The notes under the pieces were generated by a model. That model was not told the DNA's origin, made no database searches, and saw nothing but the letters and a program-made list of their open reading frames with translations. Of a stretch of DNA of 64,000 nucleotides, positions 62,101 to 64,000 are shown piece by piece; the stretch's first letter is position 1, and every line of letters starts with the position of its first letter. The position numbers and the translations under genes were made by a program. The DNA comes from Mytilus californianus (lineage: Eukaryota). The DNA lies in assembly GCF_021869535.1 (NCBI RefSeq), contig NW_026262701.1, positions 96,844,001 to 96,908,000 on the forward strand. The letters are read 5' to 3'.

Positions 62101-63169
62101 GGTTGTTGTTTATTAAAATGGTCATTGATACAAAGTAGACGGTACATGTCGTACATAACTTATACCCTAAGGGCAAAATATTTACACATCATAGTCTAAT
62201 GTGTGACGGAAGTTCTGAATCAGAGATGATATCGGGATAGTCCCTTCCACTCACTTTGTGGTTTATATTCTGAATCACATTTAGCTTTTATTTTCAATCT
62301 ATGCTAAAAATGAAAATAATAAAAAAAAAAAATAACTATATTTTTTTTACGCGTGAGTCTGGTAAATGTCTCAAGGTCCAATTTATCACACTAAAACCAA
62401 GTACAACTCCTTTTACCATATTGTTAGTAACTATTATATAAACCTCGACTGAAGTCATGTACACATTGAAAGCAACCTGCATCTGAAGTAAATGATACAG
62501 ATAGGATATAGATAGTAAAGATTATGATGATTATTTGTCACATGAAAATAATATAAATTACCATGTATCACCAGTGAAAAAAAACATGTACTATTTGGTG
62601 GCGATCACATATATAGAAAACAAATTGCTTTCTTAAAAAAAAAGAAAAGCAACACGTGAACCCGAGACCACTGATTGGTCATCAAGAATGTTTCTGAATT
62701 ATTTTGCTTTTGATTTGAAATGATTTACTGTGAATAGAATAAGGTATCGTAACGATGATATTAAAATACCTTTATTGAAAATTTGTAATTGTGTGTTGAT
62801 TCTTGCACAAGTCAATTGAAAGCGATGTTGGATTTTAGTTGTGAACAGAAAAGTATATGTATACAGCTACTTATTGAATTTAACTTTCAGGCTTGATTAT
62901 TTTATTTATTACTTGGGAGTGTACATCATTTTTCTTAATCCTATTGCAAATCACAGTTTCCGCAAACTCGATATCTAATGCAAATTGCGCAAACCAATCG
63001 CAATATAGGTTTAAGCACTCAGTTTGCTTTATAATATGGATGCATTTATTCAATATGAACCACCTGACTCAAGCTAGCGAACAATTAGCTAGCGAATAAT
63101 TAGGAGGTATAACTAAAAACCACAATATCACATAAGGCAATCACGTTTTATCGAGCTAGCGAACAATTA

Positions 63170-64000
63170 CAAAGACCAATTTCAGTTTTTAAACATAACT
63201 TCAGATTTTTAAACATAAACCTATCTGGAGTTTTTCTTAATAGATACGATAATGTCTCCTTTACGTTACCGATACAGTCGTTGCCCATCACAATCTCTAT
63301 AAATTGGTCAAAAATCAACTTACGGTATCCCTCCTTTTAGTTTTTTACAATTTCAGATTTTTTAACCTAACTTCAGATTTTTGAACATAAAACATTCTTG
63401 AGTTTTTTTTTAAAGATACGCAAATGTCTCCTCTACATCACCTTTGCAATTGTTTCTCCGTCACAATCTTTTTCAATGGGTCAAAAATCAACTTAAGGTG
63501 TGCCCCTCCCATTTTTGGTTTTTACAATTTCAGATTTTTGAACATAAATCATTCTGGAGTTTTATTTTTTTTTAAAGATACGTCAATATCTCCTCTATAT
63601 TACCTATACAGTCGTTGCCCGTCACAATCTCTATAAAGTGATCCAAAATCAACATAAAGTACGCCAACCCCTTATTTTGGTTTTCATAATTTTTGTTTAT
63701 TTAACTTAACTTAAGATTTTCGAACGTAAACCCTTCTTGAGTTTTTATTAATAGATACGATAATGTCTCCTCTACATAACCTATGCAGTCGTTGCCCGTC
63801 ACAATTTCTATAAATAGGTCAAAAATCAACTGAAAGTATGCCCCCTCCCCCCTTTTCGTTTTTGCAATTTCAGTTTTTTAAACCTAACTTCAGATTTTTG
63901 AACATAAACCATTCTGGAGTTTTTACTAAATAGATACGCAAATGTCTCCCCTACATCATCTTTGCGGTTGTTTCCCGTCACAATATTTTTCAATGGGTCA
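63170..64000 (+). repeat. Satellite-like tandem array, ~160-180-bp monomers, ~5 copies, running off the window
   Basis: GTCAAAAATCAAC-like anchor at 63307, 63480, ~63640, 63818 and 63997. Confidence 0.85.

Overview
AT-rich animal genomic DNA, most likely a bivalve mollusc (Mytilus-like). The taxon is inferred from repeat architecture and not verified. I reconstructed four protein-coding genes by hand from GT-AG sites and frame continuity; about half of their exons are absent from the ORF track. (1) The 3' part of a Thr-rich mucin-like type I membrane protein (+; exons 2647-3351, 8424-8678, 9902-10203, possibly 71-112; 5' end outside the window). (2) A complete 9-exon, 503-aa receptor (+, 20214-42175): signal peptide, V-like Ig, C2-like Ig, I-like Ig, S/T stalk, TM helix, and a tail with a perfect ITIM (IHYADL) plus a second Tyr motif (APYAEV). 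(3) A 538-aa TRIM-type protein with an uninterrupted coding sequence (+, 50243-51859) and an unusual RING-Bbox1-Bbox2-coiled coil-PHR architecture. (4) A 4-exon, 206-aa single-Ig protein with a GPI-like C-terminus (-, 62100-57525). The rest is a dense repeat landscape: Helentron-associated (HINE/DINE-like) elements carrying internal satellite arrays (some nested), MITEs, SINE-like repeats, a dead Tc1 transposase, Penelope-like RT fragments and microsatellites. There are no rRNA, tRNA or CRISPR loci. The ITIM-receptor gene sits in a clearly CpG-depleted domain, while the other three genes do not.
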